A model generated the notes under the pieces. It ran no database searches. It was given only the letters and a program-made list of their open reading frames with translations, and was not told where the DNA came from. Positions 1 through 8,590 of a stretch of DNA of 26,817 bases are shown here, piece by piece. The position numbers were made by a program, and so were the translations under genes. Source of the DNA: Calditrichaceae bacterium (GTDB taxonomy: Bacteria; Calditrichota; Calditrichia; Calditrichales; JBFXGD01); assembly GCA_050173015.1 (NCBI GenBank), contig JBFXLE010000036.1:1-26817 (forward strand), given 5' to 3'. Within the stretch, counting starts at the first letter, position 1, and every line of letters begins with the position of its first letter.

Positions 1-157
1 GTTTACAGGAAAAGTAAAATCAATATTGCAAACAAGACAATATAAACTGAATAAAGCGAGAATTAATCGGAGAAATTTCACCTTAGCTCAGAGTGCATAA
101 AAGTCCATTTCACGCTGAGGCAGTACACAACCTATCTGTTTATTTCTTATTTTTTAT

Positions 158-234
158 TTCTTACTTCTTACTTCCTACTTCTTACTTCTTACTTCTTACT
201 TCCCACTTCTTACTTCTTACTTCCCACTTCTTAC
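158..234. repeat. Heptamer tandem repeat TTC(T/C)(T/C)AC x11
   Basis: Eleven contiguous 7-nt units (TTCTTAC, TTCCTAC, TTCCCAC) counted by eye, preceded by degenerate units from ~144. Confidence 0.95.
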
Positions 235-247
235 TTTTCTCCTCCCC

Positions 248-349
248 CTACTTTTTGAAGGCCAAAAAGTAGCAAAAAGCCCCGGCGAATTTAAACTCGT
301 ATAAATTTTTCCGTTTTTCTAATTCTTCCACTCGGACAGAAAATTCGCC
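248..349. repeat. Palindromic interspersed element with two inverted repeats
   Basis: CTACTTTTTG-aaggc-CAAAAAGTAG (248-272) and GGCGAATTT (284-292) / AAATTCGCC (341-349). Confidence 0.65.
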
Positions 350-419
350 CCGAAGAACCCCGCAACAAAATTATTGATTTTTCTTCTCTTTTTTCTTTTT
401 TCTTTTATCTTTTTTCTTA
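346..419. repeat. Direct repeat copy 1 (22-nt block plus 33-nt pyrimidine block)
   Basis: CGCCCCGAAGAACCCCGCAACA at 346-367 equals 662-683. The T-rich 33-mer at 387-419 equals 698-730. Confidence 0.9.
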
Positions 420-538
420 CTTTCCGCCTCTTCCCAAGCAAGCAGAAGATCCTTCCAGGATGACCTACGGGGAGTACGCAGAATTAAGTGCTTAAATCAT
501 GCTCATCATTTAATCATTTTAATCAAAGTTCAGACAAC

Positions 539-566
539 TTCTTACTTCTTACTTCTTACTTCTTAC
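539..566. repeat. Heptamer tandem repeat TTCTTAC x4
   Basis: Four perfect units. Confidence 0.9.
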
Positions 567-567
567 T

Positions 568-592
568 TAGGGCACGAGCCTCGTGCCCCTAC
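568..592 (-). repeat. GTAG-type REP-like palindrome
   Basis: Minus strand reads GTAGGGGCACGAGGCTCGTGCCCTA: a 5' GTAG tetranucleotide followed by a GC-rich hairpin, the layout of GTAG-family REPs. Confidence 0.7.
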
Positions 593-623
593 TCATAACT
601 CTTTCCTCTTAACACTCTTCAAC

Positions 624-651
624 TTCTTACTTCCTACTTCTTACTTCCAAC
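624..651. repeat. Heptamer tandem repeat x4
   Basis: TTCTTAC TTCCTAC TTCTTAC TTCCAAC. Confidence 0.85.
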
Positions 652-661
652 TTTTCTTCTA

Positions 662-730
662 CGCCCCGAAGAACCCCGCAACACAATAAACCTTCTATCT
701 TTTTTCTTTTTTCTTTTATCTTTTTTCTTA
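662..730. repeat. Direct repeat copy 2
   Basis: Both blocks are identical to those in 346-419; the intervening linker differs. Confidence 0.9.
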
Positions 731-750
731 TCCTTCCTACTTCCCACTTC

Positions 751-2058
751 TTACTTTCCCACTTCCTCCCCGATCAGCGTATTGGCGGTTACCTCATCAA
801 TTTTCACGTTGACCAAATCACCTCGTTTCGCGCCGTTGTCCGGGAAGACAACGATCTTGTTGCCGTCGCTCCTGCCCATTAACTGATCCGGACGTTTGCT
901 ATTCCCTTCCACCAGCACTTCAAATACCTGCCCGAGATGAAGCTCATTACGCCTGAGGGACATTTCTCTCTGAAGATCAACGAGACGGGTGATGCGGGAT
1001 GTTTTTTCTTCTTCGGTTACATCATCCGGATATTTACGCGAGGCAATGGTCTGCTTACGTTCGGAATATTTAAACATAAAAGCGGAATCAAATTCCACTT
1101 CTTTCATAACGCTGAGGGTATCCTGAAATTCTTCTTCCGTCTCCGTGGGAAATCCCACAATGATATCGGTTGTCAATATCAGTCCGGGAATAATCTGCCG
1201 CATGCGCTTTGCCAGACTGATAAATTCTTCTTTGGTATAAGTCCGGTTCATCATTTCAAGCACGCGGTTGTTCCCCGCCTGGAGCGGCAGGTGAATATGT
1301 TTGCAGGCTTTGGGATTATTGGCGACTTCCATCAGCAATTTTTCCGGGAAATCTTTCGGATGCGGCGAAGTGAACCGTACCCGTTTAATTCCCTCCACTT
1401 CGCTGACCAGGTGAATCAGATCGGCGAAATCATATTGCTCAAAAGTGTAGGAGTTGACATTTTGTCCGAGGAGGGTGACCTGATTAAATCCATCCGCCAC
1501 CAGCCGTTTTACTTCTTCGACGACATTGTGAGGATCTCTGCTGCGTTCGCGTCCGCGGGTATAGGGAACCACGCAGAATGTGCAGAAATTATCGCATCCG
1601 CGCATGACTGCTATCCAGGCGTTAACCCCGCTTTCGTGAGTGGGATAAACATCACTGTATGTCTCAAATTCAGAAAGCGTCAGATAATAATCTTTTTCAC
1701 CGGTATCATGCACATGCTGTATTAGATTTGGCAGTTTTTTATAACTGTCCGGCCCGGCGACGATATCCACACCGACTTTGTCTTCCAGCAGTTCATCCCG
1801 CAGGCTTTGCGCCATGCAGCCAAGCACCCCCATGATCAGATCCTTGTTGCCGCGTTTCAGCTGTTTTAAGGTGCTGATACGCTGATGAACTTTCTGATGG
1901 GCATTTTCTCTCACTGAACAGGTATTTAAAAAGATTACCTCCGCCTGATCCGGCTCTTCAGTGAATTCGTATTCGTTCTTTTTCAGAATGGTTTTGACGA
2001 TTTCAGTATCGTATTCATTCATCTGACAGCCGTATGTTTCTATATATACTTTTTTCAC
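751..2058 (-). CDS. miaB: tRNA-2-methylthio-N6-dimethylallyladenosine synthase (radical SAM methylthiotransferase)
   Basis: N-terminal TYGCQMNEYD and NTCSVRENA, radical SAM motif GCDNFCTFCVVPYTRGRERSR, LLGQNVNSY, RFTSPHP, C-terminal TRAM domain. The GTG start overlaps the mtaB stop (GTGA). Confidence 0.95.
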   Translation of the reverse strand: MKKVYIETYGCQMNEYDTEIVKTILKKNEYEFTEEPDQAEVIFLNTCSVRENAHQKVHQRISTLKQLKRGNKDLIMGVLGCMAQSLRDELLEDKVGVDIVAGPDSYKKLPNLIQHVHDTGEKDYYLTLSEFETYSDVYPTHESGVNAWIAVMRGCDNFCTFCVVPYTRGRERSRDPHNVVEEVKRLVADGFNQVTLLGQNVNSYTFEQYDFADLIHLVSEVEGIKRVRFTSPHPKDFPEKLLMEVANNPKACKHIHLPLQAGNNRVLEMMNRTYTKEEFISLAKRMRQIIPGLILTTDIIVGFPTETEEEFQDTLSVMKEVEFDSAFMFKYSERKQTIASRKYPDDVTEEEKTSRITRLVDLQREMSLRRNELHLGQVFEVLVEGNSKRPDQLMGRSDGNKIVVFPDNGAKRGDLVNVKIDEVTANTLIGEEVGK

Positions 2059-3341
2059 ACTAATTCCCCTGCTATATCATCTCCGTCAATTTCCTTCAAC
2101 CGGACCTTACGGATTTCATTTTCCAGTTTTTCCTCGCTCATCACCCGGACCCGCATATAATTACCGGTGAGACCGCTCCAATGTCCGTTTGAGCGTTCTT
2201 CAAACAGGACATCCACCTCCTGGCCAAGAAATGATTCATAAAAAGCGCGTTTTTTTCGTTTTCCCATCTGAATCATAATCCGGTTGCGGTCCTTTTTTAC
2301 ATGATGGTCGATTTTTGGTTTCAAATTAAAGGATGTGGTTCCTTTTCTGTCCGAGTAGGTAAAGGCGTGAAAATAGGAAACCGGCAAATCGGCCAGCAGT
2401 TTTTTCGTATTCCTGAATTCTTCATCGCCTTCGCCCGGGTAACCAACCATGACATCCGTTCCGATACCGATACCGGGTATTTTTTTGGCCGCGTATTCCA
2501 CAATATCCGCGAATTCCTTTGCCGTATGCTTTCTCCGCATGGAGTCAAGGATCCGATCGTCACCGCTTTGCAGCGGAATATGCAGATGCGGGCAGATTTT
2601 AGCAGAATCCGCCATATAGTCGATAATATCTCTGTCAACCGTAGTCGGTTCGATGGAACTGATCCGGATACGATCAAGATGATCGATCTTCTCAAGCGAA
2701 TCGAGGATATCAAAAAATTTATGACCTTCGCTCTGGTAGGTCCCGATATTCACACCGGTCAAAACCAGTTCTTTATGCCCCATTTCCACCAGCTGCTCCG
2801 CTTTGGAGATAATATCGTAAAACTTTCGACTGCGCGCCGGTCCACGAGCGGTGGCAATAATACAGAATGAACAGACAAAATTACAACCATCCTGAATTTT
2901 TAGATTGGCCCGAGTATTATTGTCATATAACCCGATCGTCTCAATAACAAATTCATCCCGTGAAATTTTTGGAGAGTGGACAATCAGCGGATCGGATTTT
3001 TTGTACAAATCATCGACATAGGAAACAAGATTTAATTTATGTTCATTCCCGATAATCAGATCAACTCCTTCGATCTGTCGGATTGTATCAATCGCCATTT
3101 GGGCATAGCAGCCGATCACCGCCACAAATGTATCCGGATTGCCACGGATACTCTGACGCACCGCCTGACGGCATTTGGAGTCCGCCTGCTCTGTCACCGT
3201 GCATGTATTGATCACGGTTAAATCGGCCGGCTGACCGTATTCGACCACTTCATAACCCTGTTTTTTCAGGCTGTTCGCGATGATAGCGGTTTCGGCCTGA
3301 TTCAACCGGCATCCTAATGTATGTAAAGCTACTTTTGGCAT
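2055..3341 (-). CDS. mtaB: tRNA t6A37 methylthiotransferase
   Basis: TLGCRLNQAET, INTCTVT, RANLKIQDGCNFVCSFCII, LTGVNIG and RISSIEP are typical of the MtaB clade. Confidence 0.9.
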   Translation of the reverse strand: MPKVALHTLGCRLNQAETAIIANSLKKQGYEVVEYGQPADLTVINTCTVTEQADSKCRQAVRQSIRGNPDTFVAVIGCYAQMAIDTIRQIEGVDLIIGNEHKLNLVSYVDDLYKKSDPLIVHSPKISRDEFVIETIGLYDNNTRANLKIQDGCNFVCSFCIIATARGPARSRKFYDIISKAEQLVEMGHKELVLTGVNIGTYQSEGHKFFDILDSLEKIDHLDRIRISSIEPTTVDRDIIDYMADSAKICPHLHIPLQSGDDRILDSMRRKHTAKEFADIVEYAAKKIPGIGIGTDVMVGYPGEGDEEFRNTKKLLADLPVSYFHAFTYSDRKGTTSFNLKPKIDHHVKKDRNRIMIQMGKRKKRAFYESFLGQEVDVLFEERSNGHWSGLTGNYMRVRVMSEEKLENEIRKVRLKEIDGDDIAGELV

Positions 3342-3451
3342 TTTTTATACTTTCTAAACAATAACTTGACCATTTCTTGGAAAGGCATGAAAATAATAGA
3401 ATTATGCCCGAATAACAAGTCTAATTGCCCTGAAAATCATCTTGCGACCGG

Positions 3452-3467
3452 ATTATAACGTTATAAT
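3452..3467. promoter_or_regulatory. Perfect 16-bp palindrome, operator-like
   Basis: ATTATAACGTTATAAT lies in the divergent mtaB/MATE intergenic region and contains TATAAT on both strands. Confidence 0.45.
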
Positions 3468-3733
3468 TTCCTTTATTTTAATCATCGCGCGGAATTTATC
3501 AAAGAGAGCAACGCTACTAATTCATGCTCCTTAGCTCCTTTGGAAGTAAAAAGTCGTTTTGGAGTTTTGATACGGCGCGAAACAAAAATCCATTCTTCCG
3601 ATTGTAGATTAATTATAAAAAATCTTTGGAAGTTTGACAACGATTTCAGATATTCCGATTATTCTCGACCAAAAAACATGTTTTACCCTGGGAATATACC
3701 TGCTCGAATTCCCGATTCTGATCTTTGTGAAGG

Positions 3734-5164
3734 TTGCCGGGCGAATTAAAAGAGATGATCATACACCGGGAGCGGACTCTAAAATCAATCACCGCCGCCC
3801 CTGGATTCATAACAAAACCGGAATATCCTGTGCGCGCAAAAATGCAGTTTGGAACAACAATGAATCTGGCCTATCCGATTATCATCGGCCAGCTTGGCCA
3901 CATGATGATGAGTGTTGTGGATAATGTGATGGTCGGAAAACTTGGACCCGTGCCACTGGCCGGCGCTTCTTTGGGAAACGCCATTTTTATGCAGGTGATG
4001 GTCATCGGACTTGGGATCTCATTTGCCATCACACCGCTCGTGGCAATGGCGGACGGCGTGGGCAATCATGATGAATGCGGGGTCATTTTCCGGCAGGGAC
4101 TTCTTGTAAATACGCTAAGCGGAATCATATTGATGGCGATTGTTCTGTCCACTTCAGGTTTAATCATCTACCTGCGCCAGCCGGAAGATGTCGTCATCGA
4201 AGCCATCCCTTACCTGAAAATGCTGGGGTTTTCAATGCTGCCGTTTATGATTTTTCAGTCGTATCGTCAGTTCACCGAAGGGATATCGGTTATCCGCCCT
4301 GCTATGATCATCACTATCGGAGCGAATATATTTAATATTTTCTTTAACTGGATATTTATATTTGGAAAAATGGGTTTCCCTGCCATGGGACTTAAAGGCG
4401 CGGGAATTTCAACATTTGGAACGAGAGTGGTGATGGCCCTTGTTTTGGCCTGGTATGTGATGAAATCCAGACGTTTCACAAAATATGATCCTACACTCCG
4501 GTTCCGCCGGATAGACCTTGAGAAAATCAAGAGGATTCTAAGGATCGGAATCCCATCCGGATTTACTTATTTCTTTGAGGTCAGCGCGTTTTCAGGCGCC
4601 GCGTTTATGATCGGCTGGATCGGGGCCAATGAGCTGGCCGCGCATCAGATCGCCATCAATCTGGCCTCCGCTTCATTCATGTTCGCGGTTGGAATCAGCG
4701 CCGCGGGGGTAATACGCGTCGGGAACGCCGTCGGCAGGAAGGATATTCCGGGTACAAGATCCGCGGGATTCAGCGCTGCGGTACTGGCCGCATCAATCAT
4801 GGCCTTGAATGGATTGATTTTTGTAATATTTCGCCGTGAGCTTTCCGGATTCTATATCGAAAATCCGGATGTTATCGGAATCGCTTCTTCTCTTTTGATT
4901 ATCGCGGCGCTGTTCCAGATTTCAGACGGCATACAGGCGGCAGGAGTTGGAATACTCCGGGGTATGGCGGATACAAAGATTCCGACGATAATTACATTTA
5001 TCGCCTACTGGATTATCGGGCTTCCAGCCGGTTACATTCTTGGATTTCCCTTTGGTCTCGGAGTGGAAGGTGTCTGGATCGGCCTGTTGCTGGGGCTGAC
5101 CGTCTCAGCATTTTTACTTACCATCCGGTTTAATATAAAAAGTAAAAAGCTGAGTGATATTTAA
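3734..5164 (+). CDS. MATE family efflux transporter (NorM-like); true start may be ATG 3755 or 3842
   Basis: LAYPIIIGQL, VDNVMVGKLG, GFPAMGLKGAGI, LAAHQIA, RVGNAVG, FQISDGIQ, GILRG; many hydrophobic segments. Confidence 0.92.
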   Translation: MPGELKEMIIHRERTLKSITAAPGFITKPEYPVRAKMQFGTTMNLAYPIIIGQLGHMMMSVVDNVMVGKLGPVPLAGASLGNAIFMQVMVIGLGISFAITPLVAMADGVGNHDECGVIFRQGLLVNTLSGIILMAIVLSTSGLIIYLRQPEDVVIEAIPYLKMLGFSMLPFMIFQSYRQFTEGISVIRPAMIITIGANIFNIFFNWIFIFGKMGFPAMGLKGAGISTFGTRVVMALVLAWYVMKSRRFTKYDPTLRFRRIDLEKIKRILRIGIPSGFTYFFEVSAFSGAAFMIGWIGANELAAHQIAINLASASFMFAVGISAAGVIRVGNAVGRKDIPGTRSAGFSAAVLAASIMALNGLIFVIFRRELSGFYIENPDVIGIASSLLIIAALFQISDGIQAAGVGILRGMADTKIPTIITFIAYWIIGLPAGYILGFPFGLGVEGVWIGLLLGLTVSAFLLTIRFNIKSKKLSDI

Positions 5165-5241
5165 TTGTTAACTTTTTAAGTTTGAGCTTTATATTCCGAA
5201 TTTAATTTTATAATTTATCGCAGGATTTGAAAGGCCTGATC

Positions 5242-5838
5242 ATGCAGGAATCAAACATATTATCTGAGAAGGACAAAAAAGAGTTATTCGTCATTCTTGA
5301 AAAACATTGTAATCTTGTTCTTCCGGATGAAAAAATCCGCTGTGGCGATTTTTCATTTCACCTTTACCATTATGAGAAAAATAATGACGCGGACGATTCA
5401 TGGGTGTTCCAGGTCCGCTGGGGAACCCACCGGTTTTACGCGAAAAAACATCTCAGTTTTACAAACAATAAAGATTATTTATCCATATTAACCGATGTGA
5501 TCCGGAAGGATAAATCCCTCATAAAAAAAGCTCTGCTGGAGCATTGTGAAAACCAGCTAAATACCATCGCCATGTTAGAGATAGAGCCGGCCATCAACAA
5601 AAAGCTTCCCTATCTTTCGAGATATGAAATGAGTGTAAAAAAACTGCGGAATCCTGGTAAAATAAAGAATGAATCGGGCTGGCCAAATTTCGGGGTTTGT
5701 ATTTGCTGGTATGATGAACTCGGGAATTTTCAGGAATTTGTATATCCGATTCAGTTTGATTCAATATCGCGTAGATTTAGGGTCCCGCCGGAGGAAATTG
5801 TCAATAAATTCCAGGTGTATATGGACACCGTCGATTAA
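5242..5838 (+). CDS. Hypothetical soluble protein (~198 aa)
   Basis: The ORF fills the gap between MATE and a terminator. GAAAGG precedes ATG 5242 (TTG 5227 is an alternative start). No motif recognised. Confidence 0.7.
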   Translation: MQESNILSEKDKKELFVILEKHCNLVLPDEKIRCGDFSFHLYHYEKNNDADDSWVFQVRWGTHRFYAKKHLSFTNNKDYLSILTDVIRKDKSLIKKALLEHCENQLNTIAMLEIEPAINKKLPYLSRYEMSVKKLRNPGKIKNESGWPNFGVCICWYDELGNFQEFVYPIQFDSISRRFRVPPEEIVNKFQVYMDTVD

Positions 5839-5839
5839 A

Positions 5840-5873
5840 AAAAAAGCCGGCTGATAAATCAACCGGCTTTTTT
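5840..5873. terminator. Bidirectional intrinsic terminator
   Basis: AAAAAAGCCGG-ctgataaatcaa-CCGGCTTTTTT between convergent genes. Confidence 0.9.
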
Positions 5874-5885
5874 ATAGAATACTTT

Positions 5886-7049
5886 TTATTCACTCAAAAG
5901 CAATTTTGCGATCGTCTGCAACTGCATGTTGGTGGTTCCTTCGTAAATTGTTCCGATTTTTGAATCCCTGTAGAATTTTTCCACCGGATATTCTTTTGTA
6001 AAACCATAACCGCCGTGCAAATCAATCATCATTGATGTAACTTTTTGGGCCGTCCGTGACGCATGTAGTTTTGCCATTGCCGCTTCTTTGATATAGTTTA
6101 AACCGGCATCTTTCATTCTCGCCGCGTTATAAACCATCAGTCGGGCAGCTTCTATATCTGTCGCGGCCTCAGCCAGCTGGAACTGTACACCCTGAAATTC
6201 TGATATGGTTTTTCCAAACTGAACACGCTCTTTGGAATATTGCAATCCGGCGTCAAACGCGCCCTGTGCCACACCTAACATTTGAGCGCCGATACCAATA
6301 CGGCCCTCATTGAGTGTTTCGATGGCAACTTTGTACCCTTTTCCCACTTCACCCAAAACATTTTCCTTTGGTACAATACAGCCGTCCAGGATCAGCTCGC
6401 AGGTGGAAGAGGCGCGGATTCCCAGTTTATCTTCCTTTTTACCGATTGAAAATCCTTTAAAATCTTTTTCGACGATAAACGCGGTAATCCCTTTATATCC
6501 AAGCTCAGGATTAATATTGGCGAACACAATAAATACTTCCGCTTCATAGGCATTGGTAATCCATAGTTTTTGACCGGTGAGTTCCCAATGATCGCCCTTA
6601 TCTACCGCGCGTGTTTTAAGGGCAAATGCATCACTTCCTGATCCGGCTTCGGAAAGCGCGTACGCTCCGAGCCGTTTAGTGGCCAACTGCGGCAAATATT
6701 TCGCCTGCAGTTCTTCGCTACCCCAGTTCATAAAAGCATTGTTGACCAGCGTATTCTGTACATCGACCATCACACCCGCGGACGCGTCCACCGTGCTTAA
6801 TGCTTCAATCGAGAGAACGGACATAAAAAAAGAGGTACCCGCGCCCTGATATTTCTCCGGAACGTTGATACTCATCAGCCCCATTTCGAAAAACTGTTTT
6901 GGCAAAGAGGGGTCCATTGCCGCTTCCTTATCCATTTTACTCACCAGCGGTTTTATTTTTTCATCCGCAAAATCTTTCACCGTATCAAAAAAGAATTTTT
7001 CGTCTTCAGAGAGTTGTGTCAACGGAAGATTAGAAATAACATCACTCAT
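5886..7049 (-). CDS. Acyl-CoA dehydrogenase (short/branched-chain type)
   Basis: YALSEAGSGSDA, GQKLWITN, KLGIRASST, LNEGRIGI, RVQFGK, GGYGF, IYEGT; AAGGAG ribosome-binding site. Confidence 0.95.
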   Translation of the reverse strand: MSDVISNLPLTQLSEDEKFFFDTVKDFADEKIKPLVSKMDKEAAMDPSLPKQFFEMGLMSINVPEKYQGAGTSFFMSVLSIEALSTVDASAGVMVDVQNTLVNNAFMNWGSEELQAKYLPQLATKRLGAYALSEAGSGSDAFALKTRAVDKGDHWELTGQKLWITNAYEAEVFIVFANINPELGYKGITAFIVEKDFKGFSIGKKEDKLGIRASSTCELILDGCIVPKENVLGEVGKGYKVAIETLNEGRIGIGAQMLGVAQGAFDAGLQYSKERVQFGKTISEFQGVQFQLAEAATDIEAARLMVYNAARMKDAGLNYIKEAAMAKLHASRTAQKVTSMMIDLHGGYGFTKEYPVEKFYRDSKIGTIYEGTTNMQLQTIAKLLLSE

Positions 7050-7163
7050 TGCGTCTCCTTGTGATTTTTATATGATCAGAACTATAGTCTATAATACAAA
7101 AATATACGGGCAAGGTAAAATGATTACAAGGAAAATGTCCGTATTTATTCTATTGTCGGAAAC

Positions 7164-7193
7164 AAAAAAAGAGATCCGGGAAGATCTCTTTTT
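7164..7193. terminator. Intrinsic terminator downstream of the Fem-like gene
   Basis: AAAAAAAGAGATC-cgggaa-GATCTCTTTTT, giving a hairpin plus U7 on the minus strand. Confidence 0.8.
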
Positions 7194-7294
7194 AATTGAT
7201 TGCATAGAAAACGCTGAGGCCAACGGCATCGCGGGTCTATAGAATCGTTCCGACCGGCAAGATGGGGACGTCTTGAACCCAAAACTTGACATAA

Positions 7295-8377
7295 CTATCG
7301 CGCCGGAGAAATCAATGATCTCATTTTTTCAGCGGTTTTGACTAATGTTTTACTCAGAATATCTTCACAATATTCATAGGTGCCGGTAAAATTAATTTCC
7401 TGCCCTCTCATCCCTTCTTTGAACTGATATCCGCCGGGATTTTTATCCGGATCGATACCTCCCAGATCATACCACCGGCATCCCTGATCTTTGAGCCATT
7501 TGATCATTTCCCAATGAAGAAGATAAGAACCGTCCGAACTTAATCCCCGTGTGGATGTCGCTCCCAGCAAATATATTCCCGTGTCACCTATATCTGTGCC
7601 TACAATACCGGCTACCGGTCCCTCGGCATCATTGCAAATGAATACTTTCATTTTGAGAGCATCATCAAATTCTTCCTGTATTTTTCTAAAATTCTTAACT
7701 TCGAGCGGTGAATAAAAATTTTTCCTGTTTATCATGTCACCGTAAAGCTGCTCGAATGTCTCAAAAAACTGATCCCCCGTGCCGCTGCTAACAGATAAGT
7801 CCCTTTTTTCTGATCGATTCAGATGCCTGCGCCAGTTTCTGCTTAAGGTTGCTCGTATTTCATCCACCGTTCTGGAAAGGTCGATATAAATGGTTTTATA
7901 AGCGGGAGAATCCGTTTTCCTGAACTCAAGTTTTGAAAAAACGGCCATATCATGTGGATCATTCTCCTCATAACTTTTCGGGACAATTCTGAGCATCAGT
8001 TTTTGATTAACCGCAAATTCTGTCTTTAAAGCGTCAAGAATTCGGCTCAGATGTTCGATTTCAGGCTTTATATCCTTTCGTCTCCACAACGGGCCGTGGA
8101 AAACATAGGCAATACCCCTTTTAATTTTACGCGCTGTATGAATCCGCACTTGCGCGGCGGCGACCACGGATCCATTCTCTTTGAGCAAAACATGAGTAAG
8201 CCGGTTTCCCCCCTTAGACACGGCTCCGTATTGATGCGTCTGATAAATCCCGGCATCTGAAAACATCCCCAGGATAGCGCTCCAGTCGTCTTTTTTCATC
8301 TTTAATATTTCAACCTGATAGTTTTTGTTTTGCATCTCAGAACCTATATTCTCTCTTGCTGTCTGTGAGATAATCAT
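7295..8377 (-). CDS. FemAB/FemX-like GNAT-fold protein (start may be ATG 8335)
   Basis: IYQT..YG, HGPL, TIYIDL, WRRHLNRS, YLLGAT, SYLLHWEMIKW, YDLGGI, YQFKEG match the Fem peptidyl-transferase-like pattern. Confidence 0.85.
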   Translation of the reverse strand: MIISQTARENIGSEMQNKNYQVEILKMKKDDWSAILGMFSDAGIYQTHQYGAVSKGGNRLTHVLLKENGSVVAAAQVRIHTARKIKRGIAYVFHGPLWRRKDIKPEIEHLSRILDALKTEFAVNQKLMLRIVPKSYEENDPHDMAVFSKLEFRKTDSPAYKTIYIDLSRTVDEIRATLSRNWRRHLNRSEKRDLSVSSGTGDQFFETFEQLYGDMINRKNFYSPLEVKNFRKIQEEFDDALKMKVFICNDAEGPVAGIVGTDIGDTGIYLLGATSTRGLSSDGSYLLHWEMIKWLKDQGCRWYDLGGIDPDKNPGGYQFKEGMRGQEINFTGTYEYCEDILSKTLVKTAEKMRSLISPAR

Positions 8378-8404
8378 CTAATTTCTTTCAATAGTTTAAT
8401 GTTG

Positions 8405-8419
8405 TGGCAGGATAATTGC
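8405..8419 (+). promoter_or_regulatory. Sigma54 (-24/-12) promoter candidate
   Basis: TGGCAGGATAATTGC versus consensus TGGCACG-N4-TTGC: one mismatch, exact GG-N10-GC spacing, ~170 bp upstream of ATG 8591. Confidence 0.7.
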
Positions 8420-8590
8420 GTTTATTTAAAAGTGAACGAATAATCGGAATTAAAGAATGGTTATACTGCGTATAATTTTACAATGGGTTTGACGGACGAA
8501 TCGATTCGGGTCAGACGATGCATGTAAATTTTTTGTACACTGCTTTCAAAAATTCCGGGGAAACTACTCAACATAACACAGGAATACCTT

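Noticed and set aside
1-130. 3' end of an upstream gene or an IS terminus
   Set aside because: Short open frames end at 45 and 100, but no motif or partner inverted repeat is visible; it cannot be supported from this window.
144-762. CRISPR array
   Set aside because: No constant 23-47 nt repeat with regular unique spacers. The 22-nt repeat occurs only twice, 316 bp apart, and there are no cas genes in the window.
937-2870. Long plus-strand ORFs 937-1725 and 2301-2870
   Set aside because: Antisense shadows of miaB and mtaB with no recognisable motifs. The same applies to the other short ORFs nested in confident genes.
7194-7294. Possible ncRNA or c-di-GMP-I riboswitch (GCGGGTCTA, small CAAGATG/CGTCTTG hairpin)
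   Set aside because: It lacks the GNRA-capped P2 stem and GCAAA context, and on that strand there is no downstream gene to regulate. A 3' UTR is the simpler reading; an Infernal scan with RF01051 would settle it.
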